A DNA stretch of 64,000 nucleotides, taken from Lachnospiraceae bacterium. GTDB lineage: Bacteria; Bacillota; Clostridia; Lachnospirales; Lachnospiraceae. Positions 9,450-18,458 of the stretch are shown here, piece by piece. The translations under genes were made by a program, and so were the position numbers. A model generated the notes under the pieces. It had not been told where the DNA came from, did not search any database, and worked only from the letters and a program-made list of their open reading frames with translations. Position 1 is the stretch's first letter, and every line of letters begins with the position of its first letter. The stretch is taken from assembly GCA_900766915.1 (NCBI GenBank), contig CAAFXE010000387.1, positions 1,637 to 65,636 on the forward strand. The letters are read 5' to 3'.

Positions 9450-10451
9450 ATGAAAGTTGCTTTTTTCGGAACAAAAGACTATGACAGAATCTGGTTTGGT
9501 GCTCTTACGGAAGATACCGGTGAAGGGTCCTATGGAATCGATATTCATTTTATAGAAGCTAATATCAATGAAGATACTGCTGTTCTGGCAAAGGATCATG
9601 ACGCTGTGTGCGGATTTGTTAATTCTGACTTTAGCCGTCCTGTTTTAACGATTCTTCATGACCTTGGCATTAAGCTTTTACTGCTTCGCTGCGCAGGCTT
9701 TAACAATGTAGATTTACAGGCTGCCAAAGAATATGGTATCACCATCTTACGTGTGCCGGGATATTCTCCGGAAGCAGTTGCAGAGCATGCCATGGCACTT
9801 GCATTAACGACTAACCGCCGTATCCACCGTGCCTACGGAAAGGTAAGAAACAATGACTTTTCTTTAAGCGGACTTTTAGGACGTAACTTCCATAACGGCG
9901 TAGCCGGTGTTGTGGGTACCGGTAAGATTGGGGCTGCTTTTGCAAATATCTGCCGTGGCTTTGGTATGAGAGTCATTGCCTATGATAAGTACGAAAATCC
10001 TGCTTTAAAGGACTTTGTAACCTATGTTTCCTTAGACGAGCTTTTAGAGAAATCCGATTTGATTTCCCTTCACTGCCCACTGTTCCCGGAAACTTACCAT
10101 ATGATCAACAAAGACAGTATTGCCAAGATGAAAGATACTGTCACACTGGTCAATACTTCCCGAGGTGCTCTCATTGACACGGAAGATCTGATCGATGCAT
10201 TACGTGCCAAAAAATTCGCAGGTGTAGGACTGGATGTTTATGAAAACGAAGATGATCTTGTATTCGAAGACTACTCGTCCGACATTATTGCCAACGAGAC
10301 AGTGCCAAGACTTCTTGCTTTCCCAAATGTAATGATTACTTCTCACCAGGCATTCTTTACCAGAGAAGCACTGCAGTCAATTGCAATCACTACCCTGGAA
10401 AATGCCTATGCATTCGAGCATGGTCTTCCACTGGATAATATCGTACAGTAG
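9450..10451 (+). CDS. ldhA: D-lactate dehydrogenase / D-isomer-specific 2-hydroxyacid dehydrogenase
   Basis: The ORF track starts at 9255, but TAGGAGG precedes the ATG at 9450 (MKVAFFGTKDYD...). It has the NAD-binding VGTGKIG motif and is 333 aa from that start. Confidence 0.88.
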   Translation: MKVAFFGTKDYDRIWFGALTEDTGEGSYGIDIHFIEANINEDTAVLAKDHDAVCGFVNSDFSRPVLTILHDLGIKLLLLRCAGFNNVDLQAAKEYGITILRVPGYSPEAVAEHAMALALTTNRRIHRAYGKVRNNDFSLSGLLGRNFHNGVAGVVGTGKIGAAFANICRGFGMRVIAYDKYENPALKDFVTYVSLDELLEKSDLISLHCPLFPETYHMINKDSIAKMKDTVTLVNTSRGALIDTEDLIDALRAKKFAGVGLDVYENEDDLVFEDYSSDIIANETVPRLLAFPNVMITSHQAFFTREALQSIAITTLENAYAFEHGLPLDNIVQ

Positions 10452-10463
10452 GTTTTACCTTTC

Positions 10464-10499
10464 AAAAGCGTGTCTGTTTCACAACGGACACGCTTTTTG
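10464..10499 (+). terminator. Rho-independent terminator after ldhA
   Basis: AAAAGCGTGTC pairs with GACACGCTTTT and is followed by a T-run. Confidence 0.75.
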
Positions 10500-10536
10500 C
10501 ATACCATAGGATAACTTATATTTTTCGGAGTATGAT

Positions 10537-11277
10537 GTGTCACCTCTTCTGATTGTATTATGTGCCACCGGCTTCACCTTTTCCATGACTGCCGCCGGAG
10601 CTGCCATGGTCTTTTTCTTTAGAAAGGAAATCCCCGATCAGCTTCAAAGGGCTTTCTTAGGTTTTGCTGCAGGCGTGATGATCGCAGCCTCTGTCTGGTC
10701 TTTGCTTATTCCCTCCATAGAAAGAGCCAAAGAACTGGGTCTCGTAAGCTGGATTCCCGCCTCCTTTGGTTTTCTCCTTGGCGCCCTGTTTTTACTGATC
10801 TTAGAAAGGCTCATGCCTCACCTTGCAGGAGATAAGATTCAACTGCTTCCCTCCTCCCATGCCCTTCGTAAAAATATGCTGTTACTCTTTGCCATCACCC
10901 TTCACAATATTCCCGAAGGTATGGCTGTGGGGCTTGCCTGGCCTTTGGCTATAGGCATCGGAATCCAGAACTTTCCAGAGGGGGCTGCCGTTTCCCTTCC
11001 TTTACGAAAGGGTGGACTTTCCAGAACAAAAGCATTTCTTTTTGGAGCTGCCACCGGGATCGTGGAACCATTTTTCGGTATCCTGGCCTTTCTCATTGCC
11101 AGCCGCATTACCTTATTCATGCCCTGGTTTCTCTCCTTTGCCGCAGGTGCCATGATCTATGTTGTAGTTGAAGAACTGATTCCTGAAGCCCACTTAGGCG
11201 AACGTTCCACTGCGGGAACCATGGGTGTCATCGTCGGTTTTTTAATGATGATGATCCTTGACGTAGCTTTAGGATAA
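10537..11277 (+). CDS. ZIP family metal (zinc) transporter
   Basis: 246 aa, GTG start, polytopic. HNIPEGMAVG and QNFPEGAAV motifs are typical of ZupT/ZIP. Confidence 0.85.
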   Translation: MSPLLIVLCATGFTFSMTAAGAAMVFFFRKEIPDQLQRAFLGFAAGVMIAASVWSLLIPSIERAKELGLVSWIPASFGFLLGALFLLILERLMPHLAGDKIQLLPSSHALRKNMLLLFAITLHNIPEGMAVGLAWPLAIGIGIQNFPEGAAVSLPLRKGGLSRTKAFLFGAATGIVEPFFGILAFLIASRITLFMPWFLSFAAGAMIYVVVEELIPEAHLGERSTAGTMGVIVGFLMMMILDVALG

Positions 11278-11279
11278 AT

Positions 11280-11310
11280 AAAAAAGGGGTGCCACTTTTG
11301 TGACATCCCC
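11280..11310 (-). terminator. probable terminator of the NlpC/P60 gene
   Basis: An imperfect GGGG...CCCC hairpin (11286-11310) is followed on the minus strand by a T-run (A-run at 11277-11285 on plus). Confidence 0.45.
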
Positions 11311-11356
11311 AAAGTCATGACAATCGAAAGTTCGTAGAGCGTACTTTCAATATGTA

Positions 11357-12547
11357 TTACCAGTATCTTCTCACAGTGATTGGTGTTCTGTAATTATATC
11401 TGTCTGTTTTAATTCCCGTTTTCTGTGTGCTGGCATGAACCACTCTGCCATTTCCGATGTAAATAGCCACGTGGTTTCCATAGTAAATAATATCTCCCGG
11501 CAGCATGCTACTGACGGACACTTCCTTTCCGCCATTTGCCTGTGCTGTAGAAACTCTTGGAATACTGATTCCAAAATGCTGATGAACTGCCCAGGTAAAC
11601 CCGGAACAATCCGCACCATTGGTGAGACTTGTCCCGCCGGAGACGTAAGGGTTCCCCACAAACTGCAGGGCGTAGGCTGCAATCGACGCTCCCAGCGTTC
11701 CGTCTCCACCGGAAACCGAGGGCTTAGAACTGGAGCTTTCGCCTGAGGAACCTGTATTTGAGGAGGACGTTTCCTGATTTTCCTCTTCTTTTGACTCCTC
11801 TTTCTTCTGTTCTTCTTTTTTTCTTTCTTCCTCGGCCAGCTTTGCGATCAGAGCATTTTGCTCCTTAATGGTATTTTGATACTCTTTTGCCTTTGCCTGT
11901 GCATTGGCAAGCTCTGTTTCAAAATTTTTTACCTGACTTTTTGCCGAAGCAATCTGTTTGTCCAGATTTGCCTTATATACAAGCTGGTCTTCCTGCATTT
12001 CCAGAAGAGCTTCCTGCTCCTCTTCCAGCTTTTCTTTTGTTTCCTGTGCCTGATTTTTGGTTTCTTCGTACTCGTTCACTTTTTCTTCATCATACTGGGA
12101 AACCTCTCTGGCAAAATCTGCCCGGTTTATCAGGTCCGATATACTTTCCGCTTCCATAATCATGGAAATCAGATCCATGGTATCCTGTTCATACATATAG
12201 CGGATACGAAGCTTCATAGCCTCATACTGTTTCTCCTCCAATTGTTTGAGACTTTCGTATTCAGCCTGTACTTCATCGATCTCAGCCTGTTTACTTTCCA
12301 GGTCTGCCTCCAAAAGCTCCAGGCTCAGCATGGTTTCCACCAGATCTTCATTTAGATTATTGATTTGCGAGCGAACCTGCTTTCTCTTGGACTCGATGAC
12401 AGAAATACTTTTATTAATTTCATTTAATTGATTTTGCGTCTCTGTCTGCTGCTGTTTTACATCACTGACAGAAGCTGCCGCTGACGAAAACACATTTCCA
12501 AAAAGCAGGCTTCCTGCAAGAAGCAGACACAGGATTTTTTTCTTCAT
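11357..12547 (-). CDS. secreted peptidoglycan endopeptidase with an N-terminal coiled-coil and a C-terminal NlpC/P60 domain (CwlO/PcsB-like architecture)
   Basis: 396 aa with a signal peptide (MKKKILCLLLAGSLLFG), a long E/K/Q-rich coiled coil, a Ser-rich linker, and NlpC/P60 signatures (DCSGFTW...H). Confidence 0.88.
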   Translation of the reverse strand: MKKKILCLLLAGSLLFGNVFSSAAASVSDVKQQQTETQNQLNEINKSISVIESKRKQVRSQINNLNEDLVETMLSLELLEADLESKQAEIDEVQAEYESLKQLEEKQYEAMKLRIRYMYEQDTMDLISMIMEAESISDLINRADFAREVSQYDEEKVNEYEETKNQAQETKEKLEEEQEALLEMQEDQLVYKANLDKQIASAKSQVKNFETELANAQAKAKEYQNTIKEQNALIAKLAEEERKKEEQKKEESKEEENQETSSSNTGSSGESSSSKPSVSGGDGTLGASIAAYALQFVGNPYVSGGTSLTNGADCSGFTWAVHQHFGISIPRVSTAQANGGKEVSVSSMLPGDIIYYGNHVAIYIGNGRVVHASTQKTGIKTDRYNYRTPITVRRYW

Positions 12548-12566
12548 ATGTAATACTTCTCCTTAA

Positions 12567-12592
12567 GTATCTGTTCAGTACTTTTCAGATAC
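12567..12592. promoter_or_regulatory. 26-nt palindrome GTATCTG-N12-CAGATAC abutting the -10 box (candidate operator)
   Basis: On the minus strand it reads GTATCTGAAAAGTACTGAACAGATAC, 24/26 identical to 9143-9168. Confidence 0.45.
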
Positions 12593-12593
12593 A

Positions 12594-12622
12594 AGTATAG
12601 GGCAACCCAGGACAAATGTAAA
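12594..12622 (-). promoter_or_regulatory. candidate sigma-A promoter of the NlpC/P60 gene
   Basis: On the minus strand, TTTACA (12622-12617), a 17-nt spacer, then TATACT (12599-12594). Confidence 0.55.
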
Positions 12623-12629
12623 CCAATAA

Positions 12630-13499
12630 CTAGATTTCTTTGACGTACTTTTTAATGACCTCAATCATTTTGGCCACTGCCGGAGAAATTGTCTGAAAAT
12701 TATTGACTGCAAGTCCGATCTCCCGATAACAGTCCTCCTCCATGGGATACCATTTTACATTTCCGCCTTTATTCATCAAAAGCTCGGGCAGAATACAGAT
12801 GCCCATGCCTGCTTCCACCATGGCAATGGTAGACATATCATCTACCACATGACAATAGGTAGAAGGCTCAATATCATGCATTTTCAGCACTCTCTGAACA
12901 TCTGCATCACAGCTTTGCCACTGGGTCACAAATCTGTGATTACGCATTTCCTCAAAGGTGATGTATTTTTCATGAACAGGTTTAAAACTTTTTGGTACCA
13001 CACAAAGTAACCGGTCACAATAAAGAGGTGTATAATCAAACCCTTCTGAATCCACACCGGAAAGGATACTAAGATCAATGGTTCCGTTTTTGAGCCACTC
13101 CACAAGATCGGCATAGGTTCCCTGAAAGATTTCAATGCGGATATTTGGAAAGGTGCTCTGAAACCGTTTCACAATTTGGGGAATCCAGGTGCTGCAGGCA
13201 CTGTTAAATCCTCCAAGCTTCACAGTTCCTTTTTCCAGGCCCTGAATGGAGGCAACCATCTGATGAAGTGCTTCCTCGCTTCTAAGTACTCCACGAACAT
13301 AAGGCAATAAAAGCTCTCCGTGACTGGTCAGCACAGTCTCCTGTTTTCCCCTGACAAACAAAGAAAAACCAATCTCTTTTTCCATAGCGGATATGGCATG
13401 ACTGACTGCAGAAGGCGTCATATTTAAACATCCGGAAGCCTTCTGAAAGCTTTTCTCCCGTACAACAGTTTCAAAAATCTCATAGGTAAATAAAGTCAT
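12630..13499 (-). CDS. LysR family transcriptional regulator
   Basis: 289 aa with an N-terminal wHTH (SFQKASGCLNMTPSAVSHAISAMEKEIG) and a LysR substrate-binding domain. Confidence 0.9.
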   Translation of the reverse strand: MTLFTYEIFETVVREKSFQKASGCLNMTPSAVSHAISAMEKEIGFSLFVRGKQETVLTSHGELLLPYVRGVLRSEEALHQMVASIQGLEKGTVKLGGFNSACSTWIPQIVKRFQSTFPNIRIEIFQGTYADLVEWLKNGTIDLSILSGVDSEGFDYTPLYCDRLLCVVPKSFKPVHEKYITFEEMRNHRFVTQWQSCDADVQRVLKMHDIEPSTYCHVVDDMSTIAMVEAGMGICILPELLMNKGGNVKWYPMEEDCYREIGLAVNNFQTISPAVAKMIEVIKKYVKEI

Positions 13500-13694
13500 G
13501 GCCTTCTCCTTAGATGATTTTTTTTCATGTATAACATGAAAATATTGAGTTTTACTTCATCTCAAGTTTACTATATAATACAAACATAAGCAAGACAAAG
13601 TTCTTCCTCAGGGGGCAATGGTCTTCGACGATTGTCCCCGCTTCACATAATTAGCGTTTTATTCACAATTTCATTTATCCTAAAAGTATTCAGA

Positions 13695-13730
13695 GAAAAA
13701 GCACTTCCTTTTACAGAAGTGCTTTTTTTC
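13695..13730. terminator. bidirectional-looking Rho-independent terminator ending the spoIIIA operon
   Basis: AGCACTTC (13700-13707) pairs with GAAGTGCT (13716-13723), flanked by an A-run and a T-run. Confidence 0.75.
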
Positions 13731-13769
13731 CTGCCTTTCAGGCTTTAAAAAATCACGCAAAACTGCTCT

Positions 13770-14405
13770 CTACTCTGCGGTTGCGATAGGGGTAATGACG
13801 ATATTCTCCGGCAGCACACCGGTCTTTCTGACGATCACATCCTCGATCTGAGCACGTTCCACATCAGAAACCTCCGATTGATTGATAACCACATCTGCCT
13901 TGCTGTCAGAAATACTGACTACAACATCTTCAAATCCTTTTGCCATAAGCAGCGTCTCCGCACCGGTCTCCCGTTCAGAAATATCTGTAATTTCCAGCAT
14001 ACGGTCAATGGCCGCCTGTTTCTGTTCCTCTGATACCACCTCACTGTTAATGATCTGAAGCAAAGATTCCGTATTTTTTGTCCTGGTCTGGTCACGTTCA
14101 AGCTTTGCTTCCGAAGCAAAGGAATAAGTAGCTGAATCTGTACTGGTAAGTACGGCCTCTCCCGGTTCTGTATCTGACACCTCCTCTGATGCCTCCTCCG
14201 TCATTCCCGTAGAAGCATAAATATCCTCCGCCGAGATATCGGCGTCAAGCTCGTCGGATGACAGAATATCTTCTGTAGAAACGCTGGTAGCTGCCAATTG
14301 CTCTGAATCAATCATACTGTCAGAATATTTCAAGTATCCGGCAATGGCAATCATGACTGCAAGTGCTGTGATAATCAATTGATTTTTCTTAAAACCTGTT
14401 TTCAC
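13770..14405 (-). CDS. spoIIIAH: stage III sporulation protein AH
   Basis: 211 aa with an N-terminal TM (KKNQLIITALAVMIAIAGYL) and an acidic linker. It is the last gene of the spoIIIA operon. Confidence 0.85.
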   Translation of the reverse strand: MKTGFKKNQLIITALAVMIAIAGYLKYSDSMIDSEQLAATSVSTEDILSSDELDADISAEDIYASTGMTEEASEEVSDTEPGEAVLTSTDSATYSFASEAKLERDQTRTKNTESLLQIINSEVVSEEQKQAAIDRMLEITDISERETGAETLLMAKGFEDVVVSISDSKADVVINQSEVSDVERAQIEDVIVRKTGVLPENIVITPIATAE

Positions 14406-14920
14406 CTTGAAACCTCCATTTTCATTATACTAATTTTATGACTGTCCAGTCCGAATAATGCTTCGATTGTCTGTTGAATTTGCTTTTTCACTGTGGGGTC
14501 ATCGCCGCCTTGTGCAACTACTAAAATCCCCTTCACTGTGGGGGAGATCTCCTGTATCACATAGGGAGACTCCTTCTCATCATAAACCGTTTTGTCTTCA
14601 TTTCGGTTCGTGGTCGTTGTACGGGTTCCACCGTTGCTGTCCATCTCCTGTACCAGCTCCTCGGAAACCGACCTGTCCTTTTCCACCACCAGCTTTCCCT
14701 GATCCTCATAGGTTACAAAAACCTTTGTTTTTCCAACCCCGGCGATTTTTTCCAGCACAGCCTCCAGCTGGGTTTCCAGATCATCCTGCACCTTTTCAGG
14801 GATTGTCTCTACGGTCACTTCCTTCTGCTTTTCCCTGGGCAGGGGAAAGAAAATGATTACCAGTAATACCACTGCCAGAACCCCCATCCATATATGCTCC
14901 TTCGAAGGCTTTTTCATCAT
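14402..14920 (-). CDS. spoIIIAG: stage III sporulation protein AG
   Basis: 172 aa with an N-terminal TM and a C-terminal GILVVAQGGDDP block typical of AG. GGAGG lies upstream of the ATG. Confidence 0.85.
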   Translation of the reverse strand: MMKKPSKEHIWMGVLAVVLLVIIFFPLPREKQKEVTVETIPEKVQDDLETQLEAVLEKIAGVGKTKVFVTYEDQGKLVVEKDRSVSEELVQEMDSNGGTRTTTTNRNEDKTVYDEKESPYVIQEISPTVKGILVVAQGGDDPTVKKQIQQTIEALFGLDSHKISIMKMEVSR

Positions 14921-15233
14921 CCTTCCCTACCTCCACTCTGATTTTTTCAATTTCTGTTACGTCGATTTCCTCTACCGTAGCTTCTTCAGGCCAAAGGGAC
15001 TCCTTTTCTATGGCCGCCTCCATTTTTTCCTGTTCCTCCAAAAAGGTATCCACATGCTCTTTTAAATAGGATTCTAAAGAACCAATCTTCCACAGCGGAT
15101 GAAACAAAAGAATGAGCAGAAAAAAACCGATAAATAACCGCAGATACTGCTCATATTTCTGATTCGGGAGCATTTGAAGTGCCACACTTGCAATCAGCCA
15201 GAATCCTACCAGATTCCTGATCCAGTCATTCAT
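14796..15233 (-). CDS. spoIIIAF: stage III sporulation protein AF
   Basis: The ORF track starts at 15410. The ATG at 15233 (MNDWIRNLVGFWLIASV...) overlaps the spoIIIAE stop as ATGA. The 3' end overlaps spoIIIAG by 125 nt. Confidence 0.75.
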   Translation of the reverse strand: MNDWIRNLVGFWLIASVALQMLPNQKYEQYLRLFIGFFLLILLFHPLWKIGSLESYLKEHVDTFLEEQEKMEAAIEKESLWPEEATVEEIDVTEIEKIRVEVGKDDEKAFEGAYMDGGSGSGITGNHFLSPAQGKAEGSDRRDNP

Positions 15234-16270
15234 ACGATTCCTCCTGTAGTCACGCAGACAATGGCAATGGTGAGCAAAAACATGGCACAGACTGTAAACA
15301 TCAGCTTCATCAAAAGCCCCAGCCCTTCCCCCATCTGGCTTAAAACGCCTACGATTCTTCCATCGGAGACCGGCTCTGCCACCGCAGCCATAAACTGGTA
15401 GAAGATACAATAACAGGCTATTTTAGCAGCCGGAACGAGACAGATGGAGATCAACAGCAGTGCTGCCACAACTCCAATTCCGTTTTTTAGTAACTCTGCA
15501 GATCCTAAAATCACATCTGTTACATTTTGTGCCACATTTCCAATATTTCCCAGACTGGAAATACCTTTGGAAACGGCTGTATGCTTCATCTCATCTATGG
15601 CAGGAGAAAGCATTCCCTGAATCATCTGTAAGCCTGCCGATACCCCGATCATGGCCTTTAATGCCCACAAAATCAGTTTTTTTAAGCTTTCTCTCCCTTT
15701 TTGAAACATTTCATCTTTTCCAAGGAAGCTGAGCATGGACAAAAGCACATAGGCACGGATTCCGGGAAGAAGGACATATGCCACCAGTTTCTGCAGGAAA
15801 TACATCAGCATCAGAAAACCTTCGTAATAGACAACTGCAGTGGTTTTGTAAGCTCCTGCTGCCGCAGCAGCGAGATAAGCAGGCATCAGCACTTTCATAA
15901 AGTCTGTCAGATCATAGATAAGCTCTTCTGTCATCACATAACAGTTTCCAAAGGTTCCCATTAACATGACCATCAAAAGCAAAAAAAGGATATAAAAACC
16001 CATATCAGAAATCTGCCGGTTTCGAAAAGCCCTGGTGATGGCTGCCAGTACCGCCGAGGAAACCAAAAGAAGAAGTAGCTGCAGCATTGCCTGTCCGTTA
16101 CATTGAAGCTGTTCCAAAAAGACTGTCCCAAGGGTTTTGATCCAATGTTGTAAGGACAGAAGGCTTCCTCCGTTTGTAGCATCCTCTACAAGCTCGCCAA
16201 AGCCCACCGATTCTCCGGTAATCTGTCTTAATATCTCTTCAATCTCGCCATAATCTATTTCCATTGCCAT
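15230..16270 (-). CDS. spoIIIAE: stage III sporulation protein AE
   Basis: 346 aa polytopic membrane protein in the conserved operon position. Confidence 0.88.
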   Translation of the reverse strand: MAMEIDYGEIEEILRQITGESVGFGELVEDATNGGSLLSLQHWIKTLGTVFLEQLQCNGQAMLQLLLLLVSSAVLAAITRAFRNRQISDMGFYILFLLLMVMLMGTFGNCYVMTEELIYDLTDFMKVLMPAYLAAAAAGAYKTTAVVYYEGFLMLMYFLQKLVAYVLLPGIRAYVLLSMLSFLGKDEMFQKGRESLKKLILWALKAMIGVSAGLQMIQGMLSPAIDEMKHTAVSKGISSLGNIGNVAQNVTDVILGSAELLKNGIGVVAALLLISICLVPAAKIACYCIFYQFMAAVAEPVSDGRIVGVLSQMGEGLGLLMKLMFTVCAMFLLTIAIVCVTTGGIV

Positions 16271-16654
16271 TTAGCCTCCCAGAAAATAATCAATGGTCTT
16301 TAAAAGCGTGGTCATCACCGGCATGCAAAGCACCAGAATACTCAATTTCCCCAGCAGTTCAATTTGGGATGCCAGTGATGTGGCACCTGCATCCTTACAT
16401 AAATCCGAGGAAAACTCTGCAAGATAGGTAATCCCAATGATCTTTAGCAAAAGCTTAAAGTAAGATCCATATCCTGAGAAAAAGTTTCTCAAAAACTCCA
16501 ACTCCTGAACTATTACCTCCAGCTTCATCAGCACCGCAAGTCCCAGGAAGATACCGGAACCTGAGATGATCCACAGGCTATACTCCGACTTCAATGTTTT
16601 GACCCAGGCTGCCAGAAGTGCTGAAGCAGCAGCAAATAATGCAATTTTAATCAT
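16271..16654 (-). CDS. spoIIIAD: stage III sporulation protein AD
   Basis: 127 aa, 4-TM, in the conserved operon position. Confidence 0.85.
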   Translation of the reverse strand: MIKIALFAAASALLAAWVKTLKSEYSLWIISGSGIFLGLAVLMKLEVIVQELEFLRNFFSGYGSYFKLLLKIIGITYLAEFSSDLCKDAGATSLASQIELLGKLSILVLCMPVMTTLLKTIDYFLGG

Positions 16655-16663
16655 AATATCCCC

Positions 16664-16858
16664 TTAAAACTCAAAGAGCCTCTGCATCGTTTCAAAAAGT
16701 TCCAGCACATAGGGAAGTACCCAGAAAAGTACCACCAATAATCCCGAAAGACTGACCAGATGCCCCAAATCATCCCTGCCACTGTTTTTCAAAAGCTGGC
16801 AAAGCACCGATACTAAAATTCCTACCGCTGCAATTTTAAATATGATCCCAATACTCAT
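16664..16858 (-). CDS. spoIIIAC: stage III sporulation protein AC
   Basis: 64 aa, 2-TM, in the conserved operon position. Confidence 0.85.
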   Translation of the reverse strand: MSIGIIFKIAAVGILVSVLCQLLKNSGRDDLGHLVSLSGLLVVLFWVLPYVLELFETMQRLFEF

Positions 16859-16867
16859 ACTCCCACC

Positions 16868-17389
16868 TTAAATGACCAGCAGGACCAAAAGCATTCCCAC
16901 TGTGGCCCCCATGGTCTGATAAAGTTTTCCCTTTTGCTCCTTTTGTTCTCTTGCCTGCCGAAGATTCTCATCTGTCTGAAGAAGCACAAGTTCCAGCTGA
17001 TCCATCTGCATGGTCAGATCAAGATGTCCCAGACTTTCTCCCAGAAGTTCTAAAAGCGGCGCATCCTCCTTTGCAAAATTGCCGGTACCTATCAATTCCT
17101 TCGACTGTTCTTCCCAAATATGGTAAAGCCCTCCCTCCTCCTTTTTTTGAAGTCTTTCTGATACTTTCCCAAAAAATGATGCAAAGGGCTCCTGGGCTCT
17201 TTCTGATACCTCCTCAAAACATTCCCACAGGGCAGCTCTATGGAATCTCAAGCTCCCCTGTACAAGCATAAGACATCTTTTCCACTGGCAGAGTCTGGTA
17301 ACTCTTTGTTCCAGGAGCCTCGCTTTTGTAAAACCGATCATGGTAGAAGCGGCAAGAAACCCTGCACAGACAAAGATTTTTATGTACAC
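16868..17389 (-). CDS. spoIIIAB: stage III sporulation protein AB
   Basis: 173 aa with TM segments at both ends and a GspF-like soluble core. Conserved operon position. Confidence 0.85.
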   Translation of the reverse strand: MYIKIFVCAGFLAASTMIGFTKARLLEQRVTRLCQWKRCLMLVQGSLRFHRAALWECFEEVSERAQEPFASFFGKVSERLQKKEEGGLYHIWEEQSKELIGTGNFAKEDAPLLELLGESLGHLDLTMQMDQLELVLLQTDENLRQAREQKEQKGKLYQTMGATVGMLLVLLVI

Positions 17390-18339
17390 ATTTTTCCCTC
17401 CTTCAGCACCTCAAAGTTCTTCTCATAGATACACCTGATCTTTCCGGGAGTTTGTCCTGACTCCAGAAAAATGTATCGGTCAAACACCCTTTCCTCCACC
17501 AGTCTTTGAAACCCCGGCTTTTCTTTATAATCAGAAAGTTCATCTCCATGAAGGGTAGCAAGCACCTTGCATCCACATCGAAGTGCCTGTTCCAGCGAAG
17601 GCACATCCTCCGTCCCAATCTCATCTACTGCCAACACCTTCGGTGACATAGACCGAAGAAGCATTTCCACTCCAAAAGCTTTCGGACACCCATCCAGCAC
17701 ATCCGTGCGGATGCCCAAATCACAGGTTTGTCTTTCCCGGTAGGTTCCGCCAATCTCTGAGCGCTCATCTACCACCCCTACAGTGACTCCCGGATAATTT
17801 GTGGTACCGTTAGAATACATTCGGATCATGTCCCTAAGAAGCGTGGTCTTTCCGCACCCCGGTGGAGAAATGATCAGTACGTGACAGGGTCTTCCGTGAA
17901 TATAGACATAGGCTCTGAGCTTCTCTGCACATCCCTCTATTCCATGGGCAATCCTTATATTTAAGGCCGAAATATATTTTACCGTCTGGATACATCCGTT
18001 TCCCAGAACTGCCCTTCCTGCCAGTCCAATCCTGTGACCTCCGGCAATGGTAACATATCCCCGTTTGATCTCCTCCTCAAAGGCATAACCGGAATAGTCG
18101 CAGGCGCGCTCCATGATTTTTCGAAGTTCCCCCGGTTCTGCCCGATATGCCTTTCTTTCACTGGTATCCAACTCCCCTTTTTCTGTCAAAAACCATTCCT
18201 TTCCATCTAAAACAACCAAAACCGGCTGGCCGCATCGAAGTCTGATCTCCTGCAGCTTTTCAAATTCCAGATTTCCTGCATCCACGGCGGCTTTTAAGGT
18301 TCCCTCAAAAAGCCAGCTGATTTCTTCCATCCCTTTCAT
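17380..18339 (-). CDS. spoIIIAA: stage III sporulation protein AA (secretion-type ATPase)
   Basis: Walker A PPGCGKTT. The ORF track uses a TTG at 18381; the ATG at 18339 has AGGGGTGAG upstream, so I prefer it. Confidence 0.85.
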   Translation of the reverse strand: MKGMEEISWLFEGTLKAAVDAGNLEFEKLQEIRLRCGQPVLVVLDGKEWFLTEKGELDTSERKAYRAEPGELRKIMERACDYSGYAFEEEIKRGYVTIAGGHRIGLAGRAVLGNGCIQTVKYISALNIRIAHGIEGCAEKLRAYVYIHGRPCHVLIISPPGCGKTTLLRDMIRMYSNGTTNYPGVTVGVVDERSEIGGTYRERQTCDLGIRTDVLDGCPKAFGVEMLLRSMSPKVLAVDEIGTEDVPSLEQALRCGCKVLATLHGDELSDYKEKPGFQRLVEERVFDRYIFLESGQTPGKIRCIYEKNFEVLKEGKMCT

Positions 18340-18412
18340 ACTCTCACCCCTTTGGTCAAATATATGAACCGGAACAGACAAGTATGAGTTTAAAATCCGG
18401 ATTTTTTGTAAT

Positions 18413-18446
18413 CAAAAAAAGGACCCACAGCTTTCACTGTGAGCCC
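18413..18446 (-). terminator. Rho-independent terminator after pnp
   Basis: On the minus strand, GGGCTCACAG-TGAAAG-CTGTGGGTCC is followed by TTTTTTT. Confidence 0.8.
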
Positions 18447-18458
18447 CTATAGCTTTTC

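Noticed and set aside
12548-12629. A cyclic-di-AMP (ydaO-type) riboswitch, which often precedes NlpC/P60 cell-wall hydrolase genes.
   Set aside because: The whole intergenic region is only 82 nt and is largely occupied by a promoter and a 26-nt palindrome. It is too short and lacks the pseudo-two-fold ydaO architecture.
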